A stretch of DNA of 64,000 nucleotides, from positions 15,170 to 79,169 of the forward strand of contig CAMJNS010000003.1 in assembly GCA_946407375.1 (NCBI GenBank). Direction: 5' to 3'. Source of the DNA: an uncultured bacterium. Its GTDB lineage: Bacteria; Muiribacteriota; Ozemobacteria; Ozemobacterales; Ozemobacteraceae. A model generated the notes under the pieces. The model was not told the DNA's origin and did no database searches. It was given only the letters and a program-made list of their open reading frames with translations. Within the stretch, counting starts at the first letter, position 1. Each line of letters begins with the position of its first letter. Both the position numbers and the translations under genes were made by a program. Positions 27,903 to 36,806 of the stretch are shown one piece after another.

Positions 27903-28313
27903 ATGATATCTGATGATTATGCTTTTGAAATGAGTTGGAAAGTTCGTGACTATGAATGTGATTTGCAAGGAATAGTTAATAATGCTGTCTATATGCATTA
28001 TCTTGAGTTTACCCGAAATGAGTTTTTGAATAAAACAGGAACAAATTTAGCTGATTTACATGCTATGGGTATTGATATTGTTTTAGCAAGGATAACTATG
28101 GCTTTAAAAGCACCTTTAAGACCTGGTGATGAAGTTTTATCCAAACTTAAAATACATAAAGAAAAAATTAAATATGTTTTTGAACAGGATTTATTTAGAA
28201 AATCAGACAATAAACTCGCCTGTAAAGCAAGCGTAGAGCTAGTTTGCCTAATAAAAGGCAAACTAGGTAATTCTGAATTCGTTGATAATCTTTTACTAGC
28301 TAATCAAAACTAA
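27903..28313 (+). CDS. Hotdog-fold acyl-CoA thioesterase (4HBT/YbgC family)
   Basis: 136 aa. WKVRDYECDLQGIVNNAVYMHYLEFTRNEFL is the family N-terminal signature, including the catalytic Asp. Confidence 0.8.
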   Translation: MISDDYAFEMSWKVRDYECDLQGIVNNAVYMHYLEFTRNEFLNKTGTNLADLHAMGIDIVLARITMALKAPLRPGDEVLSKLKIHKEKIKYVFEQDLFRKSDNKLACKASVELVCLIKGKLGNSEFVDNLLLANQN

Positions 28314-28340
28314 GTTAAAACAAATTAATACTAGTAAAGA

Positions 28341-30032
28341 TTAAATTGATATGCCACCATTAGTTGGAGCAGAGTCTGAAAATTCAACACCACCAAAAAT
28401 GTTGTTTTTGATATAGTTGTATCTCTCTATATCCATTGTATAGATAAACAAACCATCTCTTGTCTTGTATATATCGTTTCCGTTGCTATCTTTGGTTATT
28501 ATGCCACCCATTATATAAAAGCCTACTGATTCGGCCATATCTTCGTAAGGAGCGGTTCTTGCATAACTACTAGGTGGAACGCCATCTGTCTTTATTTGGG
28601 TTTCATTTTTCCAGAATTTTTCTTGCCAAGCAGCAATAACATCATTTCCTTTTGCCTGCTGTGAATGCTGATAACAATGTGTCATTTCATGAGCTACTGT
28701 TTGAGCAAAAGAATATTCTAGTTTAGATTTTAATCTTGATTCTGTTAATAATATATCAGGATTATTATCTTGTATTTGATTTATTTCTGATTGAGTCAAA
28801 TAAGTAGCTCTATCTAAGAGATGTATTTTTGTTTCATTATTGTTTACATAAGCGGCAACATCGTTTTTGTCTTGAACTGTTTGGGTTTGCATATCATCAG
28901 GGCAAGCCGATTCTCTGATTATTTCTGTTGTGGAATGTAAAAATTCCTTAGCTTCTTCAGAGTTTGCTTCATTAAGTTTTGACAAAACTTGATCAATCAT
29001 TTGGAGCTGTCTAACAGTAAATGCATTGTCTCCGTCAGTGCATTTTATACCATAAAGGCTACTGATTCTTGCTTTTAAATCATCTTCTGTTTCTTCAGAA
29101 ACAGAAGTGTTTGTACCTGTATTAGTATTTGTTCCTGTTGAACTTCCTGTATCTACATCTGTATCGACTGAGGTTTGACTACCAGTATTGCTTCCCGTAT
29201 TGGAACCTGTGTCAGAACCAGTGCTAGAACCAGTATTTGTGTTGGTGTCGTCATCGTCATCAGTGTCTGTATTTGTTGCAGAACCAGTGCTACTACCAGT
29301 ATCCGTATCGGTGTCATCATCGTCATCTGTGTCTGTGCTTGTTGCGGAACCAGTGCTGCTTCCAGTATCTGTATCCGAACTAGTAGCAGAGCCAGTATCT
29401 GAACTGGTGTCTGTGTCGTCTCCAGAATCTGTTCCGGTATTTGTATCTGTGCTTGAAGATGAACCGGTATCTGTATTGGAACCAGTATCTGTATCGGTGT
29501 TAGTTGATGAACCAGTGCTACTTCCGGTATCGGTGCTAGAGCCTGTGTCTGAACTTGTACTAGAACCAGTATCAGTATTAGTAGGTGTTGCAGTATCTGA
29601 AGAACCATCAAGATTAATAAGAGTAAAAGAAGAAGTATCAATATTTACACCCATATTCATTCCAATAAGAATACGAGTCATATTGGTGAATACTTCGTTT
29701 ACATGGGACAATTCATTGTTTTGGTCATTTGGTTGTTCACCATCTTGTTGTGTTTCTGGAGGATCATCACTGATTGTTACTGAAGAATCTGGGTCAGTAA
29801 AAATAATTGGAGTTCCTTCGTCTTCGCCAGGGGTATCTTTAGCTTCTGTGGTTACTTCTGCTGCTTTGAAATCAGAAGAAATGGCTTTATCTGAACCTTC
29901 AACAGCTTGGTAAATTGTATCAAGATAACTTCCGCTCTGAGCCATTGAAGAAAATGGTATAGAAAGGCAGAAGAAAATAGCTACTAATAAGCTCAAAATA
30001 GATTTTTTTGTTAATTGTTGTTTTCTTTTCAT
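28341..30032 (-). CDS. Secreted S/T/D/G-repeat protein with C-terminal HExxH (zincin-like) domain
   Basis: Signal peptide, ~165 aa of TDTGSSTGS-type low complexity, then VAHEMTHCYQH with a downstream EDMAES, which is gluzincin-like and resembles the DUF4157 motif from memory. Confidence 0.6.
   Translation of the reverse strand: MKRKQQLTKKSILSLLVAIFFCLSIPFSSMAQSGSYLDTIYQAVEGSDKAISSDFKAAEVTTEAKDTPGEDEGTPIIFTDPDSSVTISDDPPETQQDGEQPNDQNNELSHVNEVFTNMTRILIGMNMGVNIDTSSFTLINLDGSSDTATPTNTDTGSSTSSDTGSSTDTGSSTGSSTNTDTDTGSNTDTGSSSSTDTNTGTDSGDDTDTSSDTGSATSSDTDTGSSTGSATSTDTDDDDDTDTDTGSSTGSATNTDTDDDDDTNTNTGSSTGSDTGSNTGSNTGSQTSVDTDVDTGSSTGTNTNTGTNTSVSEETEDDLKARISSLYGIKCTDGDNAFTVRQLQMIDQVLSKLNEANSEEAKEFLHSTTEIIRESACPDDMQTQTVQDKNDVAAYVNNNETKIHLLDRATYLTQSEINQIQDNNPDILLTESRLKSKLEYSFAQTVAHEMTHCYQHSQQAKGNDVIAAWQEKFWKNETQIKTDGVPPSSYARTAPYEDMAESVGFYIMGGIITKDSNGNDIYKTRDGLFIYTMDIERYNYIKNNIFGGVEFSDSAPTNGGISI
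29096..29594 (-). repeat. Coding low-complexity tandem repeats
   Basis: Reiterated units such as ggaaccagtgct(a/g)ct(a/t)ccagtatc(c/t)gtatc and gtcatcatcgtcatc. One ~66-bp unit is duplicated around 29215-29345. Confidence 0.8.
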
Positions 30033-30194
30033 ATAAAAATCTGTACCCTTTAATATAAATTATAATCAAAAAGTGTCAAGTAAGCAATAATTTGTTCAGG
30101 ATAAAAGAAATATTGAGTAAAAAGATTGATTTTTCCCCTGAAAACAAAAAATATATCTTGTAAAGAGTTTATATTTTGGTTATCTTTTAGAATT

Positions 30195-31859
30195 ATGAGT
30201 ATACAAAAGAAACGTTTAGGCGATATCCTAATAGATTGTAATCTAATTAACGAAGATCAGTTAAAAGAAGCTTTAACTTTCCAGCGTGAGCACGGGTTAA
30301 AGCTAGGCGAAGCCCTTTCCCAAATGGGCTTAGTAACAGAGGATGATATTATTTGGGCATTGGGTAACCAACTGAATATATCTTTTATTCACTTAAGCCC
30401 AGATATTGTTAATCCTGAAGTTGTTAAACTTATTTCAGCTGACTTTGCTCGTGAAAACAGATTAATGCCTTTGTATAAAGCAGGGTCTGATTTTAGTGTT
30501 TGTATGGTCGACCCGTTAGATTCTCGACCTATAGAGTATCTTGAAGGCAAATTTGGAGCAGTTGCACAGATTTCAATTTGTACAGCTTACGATTTTGAAC
30601 AAACTTTCAATGCTATTTATGGCCCGCTTGATGTTTCCAATACTGGAGAAGTTGAAGCTAGTACAACTGATGCTGAAACAAAACAAATGGAACAGGGCAT
30701 TCCAAAAGGAATGGAAAGCTCTGAAAAAATAATTAATTATATCCTTAGTCAAGCAATTCTAAATAAAGTTGATAGAATTCATTTTGAACCATCAGATAAG
30801 GGTGTTCTTATTCGTTTCAGATCTAATAATGTTCTCAACAGAAAAATAGAAATACCTGTCAAGGTTCATCACGATGTAATATCTCGTCTTAAAAAGCTTT
30901 CTCAGCTTTCTGAAAAAGATATGTCTAGAGAAGGCGGTGTTTTAGTCGGCCATTTTAAAGTTAATGTGCAAGGAAGACAGATTAATATACAATCTATTTT
31001 CTACCCGACAGTAAATGGCGAAATGGTTATATTGCATCTAAACGATATAGCTGCTTTGGTTGAACATATTTCTCGTTCTGGAAAAGATGCTATAGAAAAT
31101 GTTTTAAATACCGTTAAAACTACCCATGGTATTTTGTATGTAAGTGGTCCAAGAGAATCAGGTAGAACAACTACTCAGTATTGTATTATTAGTAGTTATG
31201 ACCCAGAAAAATGTAAACTTGTAACAATTGAAGATCCAGTTATTTCTACATTGGCAAATATAACTCAGCTTCAAATCGGTTCCGGAGACATTGTTTCTGC
31301 CATTGATGGTTTGAGACTTTCTTTAATGTTAGATGCCGACGTTATTTACGTAGATAAAACTGATAATAAACAATTGTTAGAAGAATTATGTTATGCTGCT
31401 CTTGGTGGAAAGACAATATTGACAGGCGTTTTAGCTTATGATGCTTCTAGTAGCATTATTAAACTTTTAGAAACAGGCGTTGATCCTGTTATTATGGCTT
31501 CTTCTCTTTGTGGTTTTGTGAACCAGCGTTTGGTTAGAATGCTTTGTCCAAATTGCAAAAAAGAAGCTCAAATTCCTAAAGAAATAGAAGAGTTAATTCC
31601 TGAACAGCAACGAAATACTGTTATTTATAAGGCTTGTGGTTGTGAATCTTGTAATCAAACAGGTTATATAGGCAAGGCTTTGGTTACAGAATTTATTCCT
31701 GCAACAGCAAGATTGAGACAAATGATAATAAACAAAGAGTCTTATCTTGATTTCTCTAATTTTGCTCGTAAACAAGGAATTAAGAGTATAGAACAAGAAA
31801 CTCTTGAACTTGTTTTAAAGGGAATAACAACTGCTGATGAATTTATGAGGCTGTTTTAA
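30195..31859 (+). CDS. GspE/PilB-family secretion-ATPase homolog with degenerate catalytic motifs
   Basis: N-terminal T2SSE_N-like domain (LGDILIDCNLINEDQLKEAL...) and a C-terminal CPNC...CESC zinc motif. Walker A reads GPRESGRT, Walker B DADVIYVDKTDN, and the His box is lost (TGVLAYDAS). Start taken at the ATG at 30195. Confidence 0.8.
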   Translation: MSIQKKRLGDILIDCNLINEDQLKEALTFQREHGLKLGEALSQMGLVTEDDIIWALGNQLNISFIHLSPDIVNPEVVKLISADFARENRLMPLYKAGSDFSVCMVDPLDSRPIEYLEGKFGAVAQISICTAYDFEQTFNAIYGPLDVSNTGEVEASTTDAETKQMEQGIPKGMESSEKIINYILSQAILNKVDRIHFEPSDKGVLIRFRSNNVLNRKIEIPVKVHHDVISRLKKLSQLSEKDMSREGGVLVGHFKVNVQGRQINIQSIFYPTVNGEMVILHLNDIAALVEHISRSGKDAIENVLNTVKTTHGILYVSGPRESGRTTTQYCIISSYDPEKCKLVTIEDPVISTLANITQLQIGSGDIVSAIDGLRLSLMLDADVIYVDKTDNKQLLEELCYAALGGKTILTGVLAYDASSSIIKLLETGVDPVIMASSLCGFVNQRLVRMLCPNCKKEAQIPKEIEELIPEQQRNTVIYKACGCESCNQTGYIGKALVTEFIPATARLRQMIINKESYLDFSNFARKQGIKSIEQETLELVLKGITTADEFMRLF

Positions 31860-31862
31860 TCT

Positions 31863-33293
31863 ATGGCAGATAATTTTTTTGGAAAACTATTTGGTGGGGA
31901 TGACAACAAAAAGCCCACAACACCTGCAAGTGCTCCTAAACCGGTTCAACCGGCAACAATGCCTCCACGACCGATAAATCCTGCTATATCAAATTATCAG
32001 CCGCCTAGGCAACAACCTGCTGCGAGACCTGTTCCTCAACAGCAAGTTCCACCTCAAAGGCCTCCTACTCCTTCTCCGATGCCTCCTAGACCAACTCCTC
32101 AGAGACCTCCTTTACAACAAGATCCTTTAGGAGGATTAGCTAGTAATTCTGGCGGAGGGTTTAGATCAAATTCTCAATCGTCTAGTGGCTCTATAATAAG
32201 TAGTGGTCATTCTGATGTTCAAGAAGGCGAACTCACTATTGATGATCTTTTGAAGTTGATTGTTGATAAGGCTGGTTCAGACCTTCATTTAACAGTTGGT
32301 TCTCCGCCAATGTTAAGACTTCAAGGTAAGTTATGGCCAACTGATTTACCTCCATTAACTCCAAAAGAAATTCGTCGTCTTGTTTATAACTTTTTAACTA
32401 ATGATCAGCGTGAAAAGCTCGAACAAGATTTAGAATTGGATATTTCATATGAACTAAAAGGTGTAGCTCGTTATAGATGTAATATCTTTTTTACGAGATT
32501 GGGTATGGGAGCTGTATTCCGTGTTATTCCAACACGTATCAAATCTCTTTCAGAATTACGTCTTCCAATGGTTCTTGGTGATTTGGCTCGCCGAAATAAA
32601 GGTTTAATACTTGTTACCGGTCCTACTGGTTCTGGTAAATCAACTACCTTGGCGGCAATGGTTGATCAGATTAACAACGAACGTCAAGACCATATTTTAA
32701 CTATTGAAGACCCAATAGAATTTGTTCATCAACACAAACAATGTATTGTTAATCAGCGTGAAATTGGTCCGAATACAAAATCTTTCGCAAATGCATTACG
32801 TTCAGCATTGCGTGAAGACCCAGATATTATACTAGTCGGCGAAATGCGTGACTATGAAACAATTTCATTGGCTGTTACCGCTGCTGAAACAGGTCACTTG
32901 GTCTTTGCTACTTTGCATACTCCATCAGCAGCTCAGTCTGTAGACCGTATCGTTGACGTTTTCCCTGCTCACCAGCAGGCACAGATTAGAACACAGCTTG
33001 CAGATGCTTTGCAAGGTATTATTGCTCAACAGCTTATTCCTACTATTGATGGACAGCGCCGTGAATGTGCTCTTGAAATAATGATTAACACACCGGCTGT
33101 TGCTAACCTGATTCGTGATAATAAAACATTCCAGTTAACTTCTATTATGCAGACTAGTAAACAACAGGGTATGCAGACTATGGACCAGGCTTTGATGGAC
33201 TTGGTAAAATCAAGAAAGATTAGTCCTCAAGAAGCTTATAGAAGAGCTTTGGATAAAAAGGCATTTGAACAATACAAACCTAGAGACTATTAA
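31863..33293 (+). CDS. pilT: PilT-type retraction ATPase with ~120-aa P/Q-rich N-terminal extension
   Basis: Canonical GPTGSGKSTT, TIEDPIEF, REDPDIILVGEMRD and TGHLVFATLHT motifs. The N-terminus is proline/glutamine-rich low complexity. Confidence 0.9.
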   Translation: MADNFFGKLFGGDDNKKPTTPASAPKPVQPATMPPRPINPAISNYQPPRQQPAARPVPQQQVPPQRPPTPSPMPPRPTPQRPPLQQDPLGGLASNSGGGFRSNSQSSSGSIISSGHSDVQEGELTIDDLLKLIVDKAGSDLHLTVGSPPMLRLQGKLWPTDLPPLTPKEIRRLVYNFLTNDQREKLEQDLELDISYELKGVARYRCNIFFTRLGMGAVFRVIPTRIKSLSELRLPMVLGDLARRNKGLILVTGPTGSGKSTTLAAMVDQINNERQDHILTIEDPIEFVHQHKQCIVNQREIGPNTKSFANALRSALREDPDIILVGEMRDYETISLAVTAAETGHLVFATLHTPSAAQSVDRIVDVFPAHQQAQIRTQLADALQGIIAQQLIPTIDGQRRECALEIMINTPAVANLIRDNKTFQLTSIMQTSKQQGMQTMDQALMDLVKSRKISPQEAYRRALDKKAFEQYKPRDY

Positions 33294-33325
33294 TAGACTA
33301 TTTATAATTTAAGCTTTAAGTCTTA

Positions 33326-33358
33326 AACCCGTTTAGATAAAAATCTAAGCGGGTTTTT
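33326..33358 (+). terminator. Intrinsic terminator after pilT
   Basis: aaacccgtttaga/tctaagcgggttt stem with one U-G pair, followed by ttttt. Confidence 0.7.
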
Positions 33359-33372
33359 ATATATCTAGAAGG

Positions 33373-33545
33373 CTGTGCGAAAACCAGCTTTTTAAGCTCT
33401 AATTAGATTATGCTAATTGTCCACACAGTTGTCATAAAAAGTATAGCGTATGGGCTTTAGCTCTGAAAGCTATACGTTTATGACAATGTGTAGACTAAAT
33501 AAAAAGAAATATAATTTTTTTAGAGAATTTTAAGTTTTCGCACAG
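33373..33545 (+). repeat. ~170-bp imperfect-palindromic element, copy 1 (MITE-like or structured RNA)
   Basis: Terminal inverted repeats tgtgcgaaaac/gttttcgcaca. Internal long hairpin ttgtcataa..gtatagc...gctatac..ttatgacaa. A second copy in the same orientation lies at 44315-44484. Confidence 0.8.
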
Positions 33546-33557
33546 CTTCCTAGAACC

Positions 33558-34496
33558 CTAAGAGTGCATTAAAAGAGGTATCATTAGCTTGTTATGATAC
33601 TCTGGAGTATGCAAAAAATCAGCTAGATTGCTTGATTTTGCTTTGTCGAGAATAAATAATATGTTGTCTTCCTCTTTGCATTTAGTTAGCTTGCAATGCT
33701 TAGTTTGATTTAACGGGAAACCGAAATATATTCTTTCTGTATTCTCTCTGGCTATCGAAGAAATTATATTTTTTAACGAGCAATTAGATTTACAAAAAAC
33801 ATCATAGAGAACTATTACTTCTTTTTCGTAACCAGCAATTGCGATTGCGTCTTCTTCTTCAATATAATAAATATCATTTTTGTTATATTTCATACAATAA
33901 AACATTAAAAGCCCTAGATTAGATATATTTATTAAAGAAAATGGATTGCCGAGTTTAAAATGTTCTATTAGTAAATCAACATCTTTTTTTGAATCCATAT
34001 TTAGACGCAAAGCGTCGTTGTTACTAATATCAGATTTTATATCCATATAATACTGATATTCATCAACAGCTTTAAAACCAAAACGAGGATAGTAATCTCT
34101 AACTCCTTCATGTCCAAAGAGATATATTCCATCGCAATTATCTTCCCAATCGGTAAGGATTTTATCCATCAAAGTAGTTGATAGACCTTGATTGCGGTAA
34201 GGCTTTGAAGTCATAACTCCGCCAAGCTGAATATATAAACGAGGCTTCGAGTTTCCAATCTGTATGTTCATTTTGTTTACAGAAATGGCAGAAACTATGT
34301 CGTCACCATCTTTTAAAACATGAGGATTAAAAAGATTTCCATTCCAATAACCAGCTTGATACCATTTTTCGAAAGTTAGACCTGGAAATACTTCTGAACA
34401 TAATTTTTCATAAGAAGCTCGTTCATAATTTCTTTCTTGTATTTGGTCGCAAAGTTCATAGGTTTTATCAAATATTTGGATTAGGGTAGAGTGCAT
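33558..34496 (-). CDS. GNAT-family N-acetyltransferase with C-terminal extension
   Basis: Acetyl-CoA motif A YRNQGLSTTLMDKIL and ...YYPRFGFK. Confidence 0.65.
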   Translation of the reverse strand: MHSTLIQIFDKTYELCDQIQERNYERASYEKLCSEVFPGLTFEKWYQAGYWNGNLFNPHVLKDGDDIVSAISVNKMNIQIGNSKPRLYIQLGGVMTSKPYRNQGLSTTLMDKILTDWEDNCDGIYLFGHEGVRDYYPRFGFKAVDEYQYYMDIKSDISNNDALRLNMDSKKDVDLLIEHFKLGNPFSLINISNLGLLMFYCMKYNKNDIYYIEEEDAIAIAGYEKEVIVLYDVFCKSNCSLKNIISSIARENTERIYFGFPLNQTKHCKLTKCKEEDNILFILDKAKSSNLADFLHTPEYHNKLMIPLLMHS

Positions 34497-34574
34497 TTGT
34501 TATACTGATTATTTGTAGTTTTTAAAAGATTTATAGCTTTTTTTATTGTTCTTAGAAATTAGATTTTTGAGGTT

Positions 34575-34619
34575 AGAGGTAAGAGAATTGTTTAGACTAC
34601 AAACAATTCTCTTACCTCT
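34575..34619. repeat. 19-bp perfect inverted repeat (hairpin) with CT-rich tail
   Basis: agaggtaagagaattgttt - agactac - aaacaattctcttacctct, followed by aatctctaatctcttatctct. Lies between two minus-strand genes. Confidence 0.8.
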
Positions 34620-34643
34620 AATCTCTAATCTCTTATCTCTATA

Positions 34644-35363
34644 TTAATTTTTGTTTAGTCGTCTAGACAATTTTTTGTGTTTAAGAGCATATTTCAAAAT
34701 TACATATATTGCTCTGACACCGTCTTTCCAACCGATTTTCTTGCCTTCAGCATAGGTTCTGCCATAATAAGAAATACCAACTTCATAAATATTACAGCCT
34801 AAATGAGCAATTTTTGCGGTGATTTCTGGTTCGAAACCAAAGCGATTTTCCTCAATATCTATAGATTGGATAATTTCACGTTTAAAAAGTTTATAGCAGG
34901 TTTCCATATCTGTAAGATTCAAGTCTGTGCACATATTTGATAAAAGAGTCAGAAATGTATTGCCAAGACTATGCCAGAAATAAAGAACGCGGTGGGCATT
35001 GCCCCCTGCAAATCTAGAACCATAAACAACATCTGCTTTACCAGCTAAAACTGGTGCAAGCAATAGAGGATATTCGTTGGGGTCATATTCCATGTCAGCA
35101 TCTTGAATAATAACATAGTCACCAGTAACTTCTTTGAAACCGGTTCTCAGAGCAGCCCCTTTTCCTTGGTTGTGGTCGTGATAAATTACTTTGTCTACTA
35201 ATTTATAAAGTTCATTTTGAAGTAGTTCTCTTGTGCCATCTGTAGAATAGTCGTCAACAAGCACTATTTCTTTATTTTCTACAGGTGCTTCTTTAACCCT
35301 CATGATTATGTCTTTGAGTGTGTTTTTTTCGTTATAAACAGGAATTACAATAGAGAGTTTCAT
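34644..35363 (-). CDS. GT2 polyprenol-phosphate glycosyltransferase (DPM1/ArnC-like)
   Basis: [15 protein letters not shown]...[13 protein letters not shown]...[11 protein letters not shown] are GT2 DxD-type motifs. Confidence 0.85.
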   Translation of the reverse strand: MKLSIVIPVYNEKNTLKDIIMRVKEAPVENKEIVLVDDYSTDGTRELLQNELYKLVDKVIYHDHNQGKGAALRTGFKEVTGDYVIIQDADMEYDPNEYPLLLAPVLAGKADVVYGSRFAGGNAHRVLYFWHSLGNTFLTLLSNMCTDLNLTDMETCYKLFKREIIQSIDIEENRFGFEPEITAKIAHLGCNIYEVGISYYGRTYAEGKKIGWKDGVRAIYVILKYALKHKKLSRRLNKN

Positions 35364-35480
35364 ATAATCTCCAAAAAAATAATTTTTTATAATATTAAAC
35401 TAATATTCATATGGCTACAAGAGAAAAAGTTTTTAAATAAAATAAGCCTCGGGAAAACCCGAGGCTTAAAACTTTTTGAT

Positions 35481-36707
35481 TTATTCTAGAATTAACTTAT
35501 GGAAAATCTTTTTGCCTTTTTTGATTTTTGCGCCGTTTTTAAGCATTTCTTCAGTAAATTTGAAATCCTGAGTTTCAACTTTATTGCCGTCGACAGTGAT
35601 GCCACCCTGTTTTACTAAGGTTCTTGCGTCACCTTTGCTCTTTGCAATACCGGTTTTTACTAAGGCGTCGAGAATGCCTATGGCACCATCAGTTAAATCA
35701 GAAGATGTAATAGTAGTTGTGGGCATATTAGCATCATCGCCATTTCCGCCGGCAAATAATGCAACAGCAGCTTCAGCGGCTTTTTCTGCTTCTTCTTTTC
35801 CATGAACAAGAGAAGTAAGTTCTAAAGCTAAAATCTTCTTCTTTTCGTTGATGCGGCTGTCATCCCATTTTTCCATTTCATCAATCTGTTCTAATGGCAG
35901 GAATGTAAGCATTCTGATGCATTTCATAACATCGGCATCACCGACATTTCTCCAGTATTGATAGAAATCATATGGAGAAGTTTTATTTGGGTCAAGCCAT
36001 ACAGCATTGCCAGCGGTTTTACCCATCTTATGACCTTGAGAGTCGGTTAGAAGAGTAATAGTCATTGCGTGAGCATCTTTGCCTAATTTTCTGCGGATAA
36101 GTTCAGTGCCACCAAGCATATTGCTCCACTGATCATCACCACCAAACTGCAAATTGCAGCCCATATTCTGGTATAGATAATAAAAGTCATAGCTTTGCAT
36201 AATCATGTAGTTGAATTCTAAGAAGCTAAGACCCTGAGCCATTCTTTGCTTGTAGCATTCAGCTCGAAGCATGTTGTTTACAGAGAAACAATGACCAACT
36301 TCACGAAGCAAGTCTATATAGTTAAGGTTGAGTAGCCAATCAGCATTATTTACCATTATGGCTTTGCCTTCGCCAAATTCTATGAATTTTTCCATTTGGC
36401 GTTTGAAACATTCGGCATTGTGGTTAATATCTTCACGAGTAAGCATTTTTCGCATATCTGTTCTTCCAGATGGGTCACCAATCATTGTGGTGCCGCCGCC
36501 TATCAATGCTACTGGAGTATTGCCAGCCATTTGAAGTCTTTTCATAAGAGTTAAAGCCATAAAGTGACCAGCAGTGAGACTGTCTGCGGTGCAGTCAAAA
36601 CCTATGTAGAACTTAGCTTTACCAGAGTTTACCATGGTTCTGATTTGTTCTTCATCAGTTACCTGAGCTATCAGGCCTCTAGCTTTCAGTTCTTCGTAAA
36701 TACCCAT
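35481..36707 (-). CDS. tyrS: Tyrosine--tRNA ligase
   Basis: YIGFDCTADSLTAGHFMAL (HIGH region), GGGTTMIGDPSGRTDMR, KMGKT (KMSKS) and a C-terminal S4 domain. Confidence 0.95.
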   Translation of the reverse strand: MGIYEELKARGLIAQVTDEEQIRTMVNSGKAKFYIGFDCTADSLTAGHFMALTLMKRLQMAGNTPVALIGGGTTMIGDPSGRTDMRKMLTREDINHNAECFKRQMEKFIEFGEGKAIMVNNADWLLNLNYIDLLREVGHCFSVNNMLRAECYKQRMAQGLSFLEFNYMIMQSYDFYYLYQNMGCNLQFGGDDQWSNMLGGTELIRRKLGKDAHAMTITLLTDSQGHKMGKTAGNAVWLDPNKTSPYDFYQYWRNVGDADVMKCIRMLTFLPLEQIDEMEKWDDSRINEKKKILALELTSLVHGKEEAEKAAEAAVALFAGGNGDDANMPTTTITSSDLTDGAIGILDALVKTGIAKSKGDARTLVKQGGITVDGNKVETQDFKFTEEMLKNGAKIKKGKKIFHKLILE

Positions 36708-36806
36708 CGTTTATTTATCTCCGTTCACTAAGTATGTAATAGTGAGCGATTATAACAGGGTTTTGCTAAAATATCAACCCGATGGAAAGTTTATTTACTT
36801 GTTAAT

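Noticed and set aside
29096-29594. CRISPR-like periodic repeats
   Set aside because: The repeats are short (9-18 bp), in frame and inside a CDS, with no unique spacers. No cas genes or CRISPR array are seen anywhere in the window.
29153-29913. Track ORFs of 162, 75 and 241 aa in other frames or on the opposite strand across the S/T/D/G repeat region
   Set aside because: They lie entirely within the 563-aa minus-strand gene and translate to monotonous L/V/P/Q or V/S/E strings. They are open only because the short tandem repeat lacks stops in several frames.
33373-33545. The element's 5' GTGCG suggested a group II intron 5' end, and AGCGTATGGG...GAAAGCTATACG a domain V
   Set aside because: At ~170 bp it is far too short. 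The putative domain V does not fold into the 34-nt bulged helix with a GNRA loop, and there is no IEP ORF or domain VI. It is better described as a palindromic repeat.
36708-36806. Possible T-box riboswitch upstream of tyrS
   Set aside because: Only ~100 bp of leader is available, with no specifier-loop/T-box (AGGGUGGNACCGCG-like) sequence or terminator-antiterminator pair.
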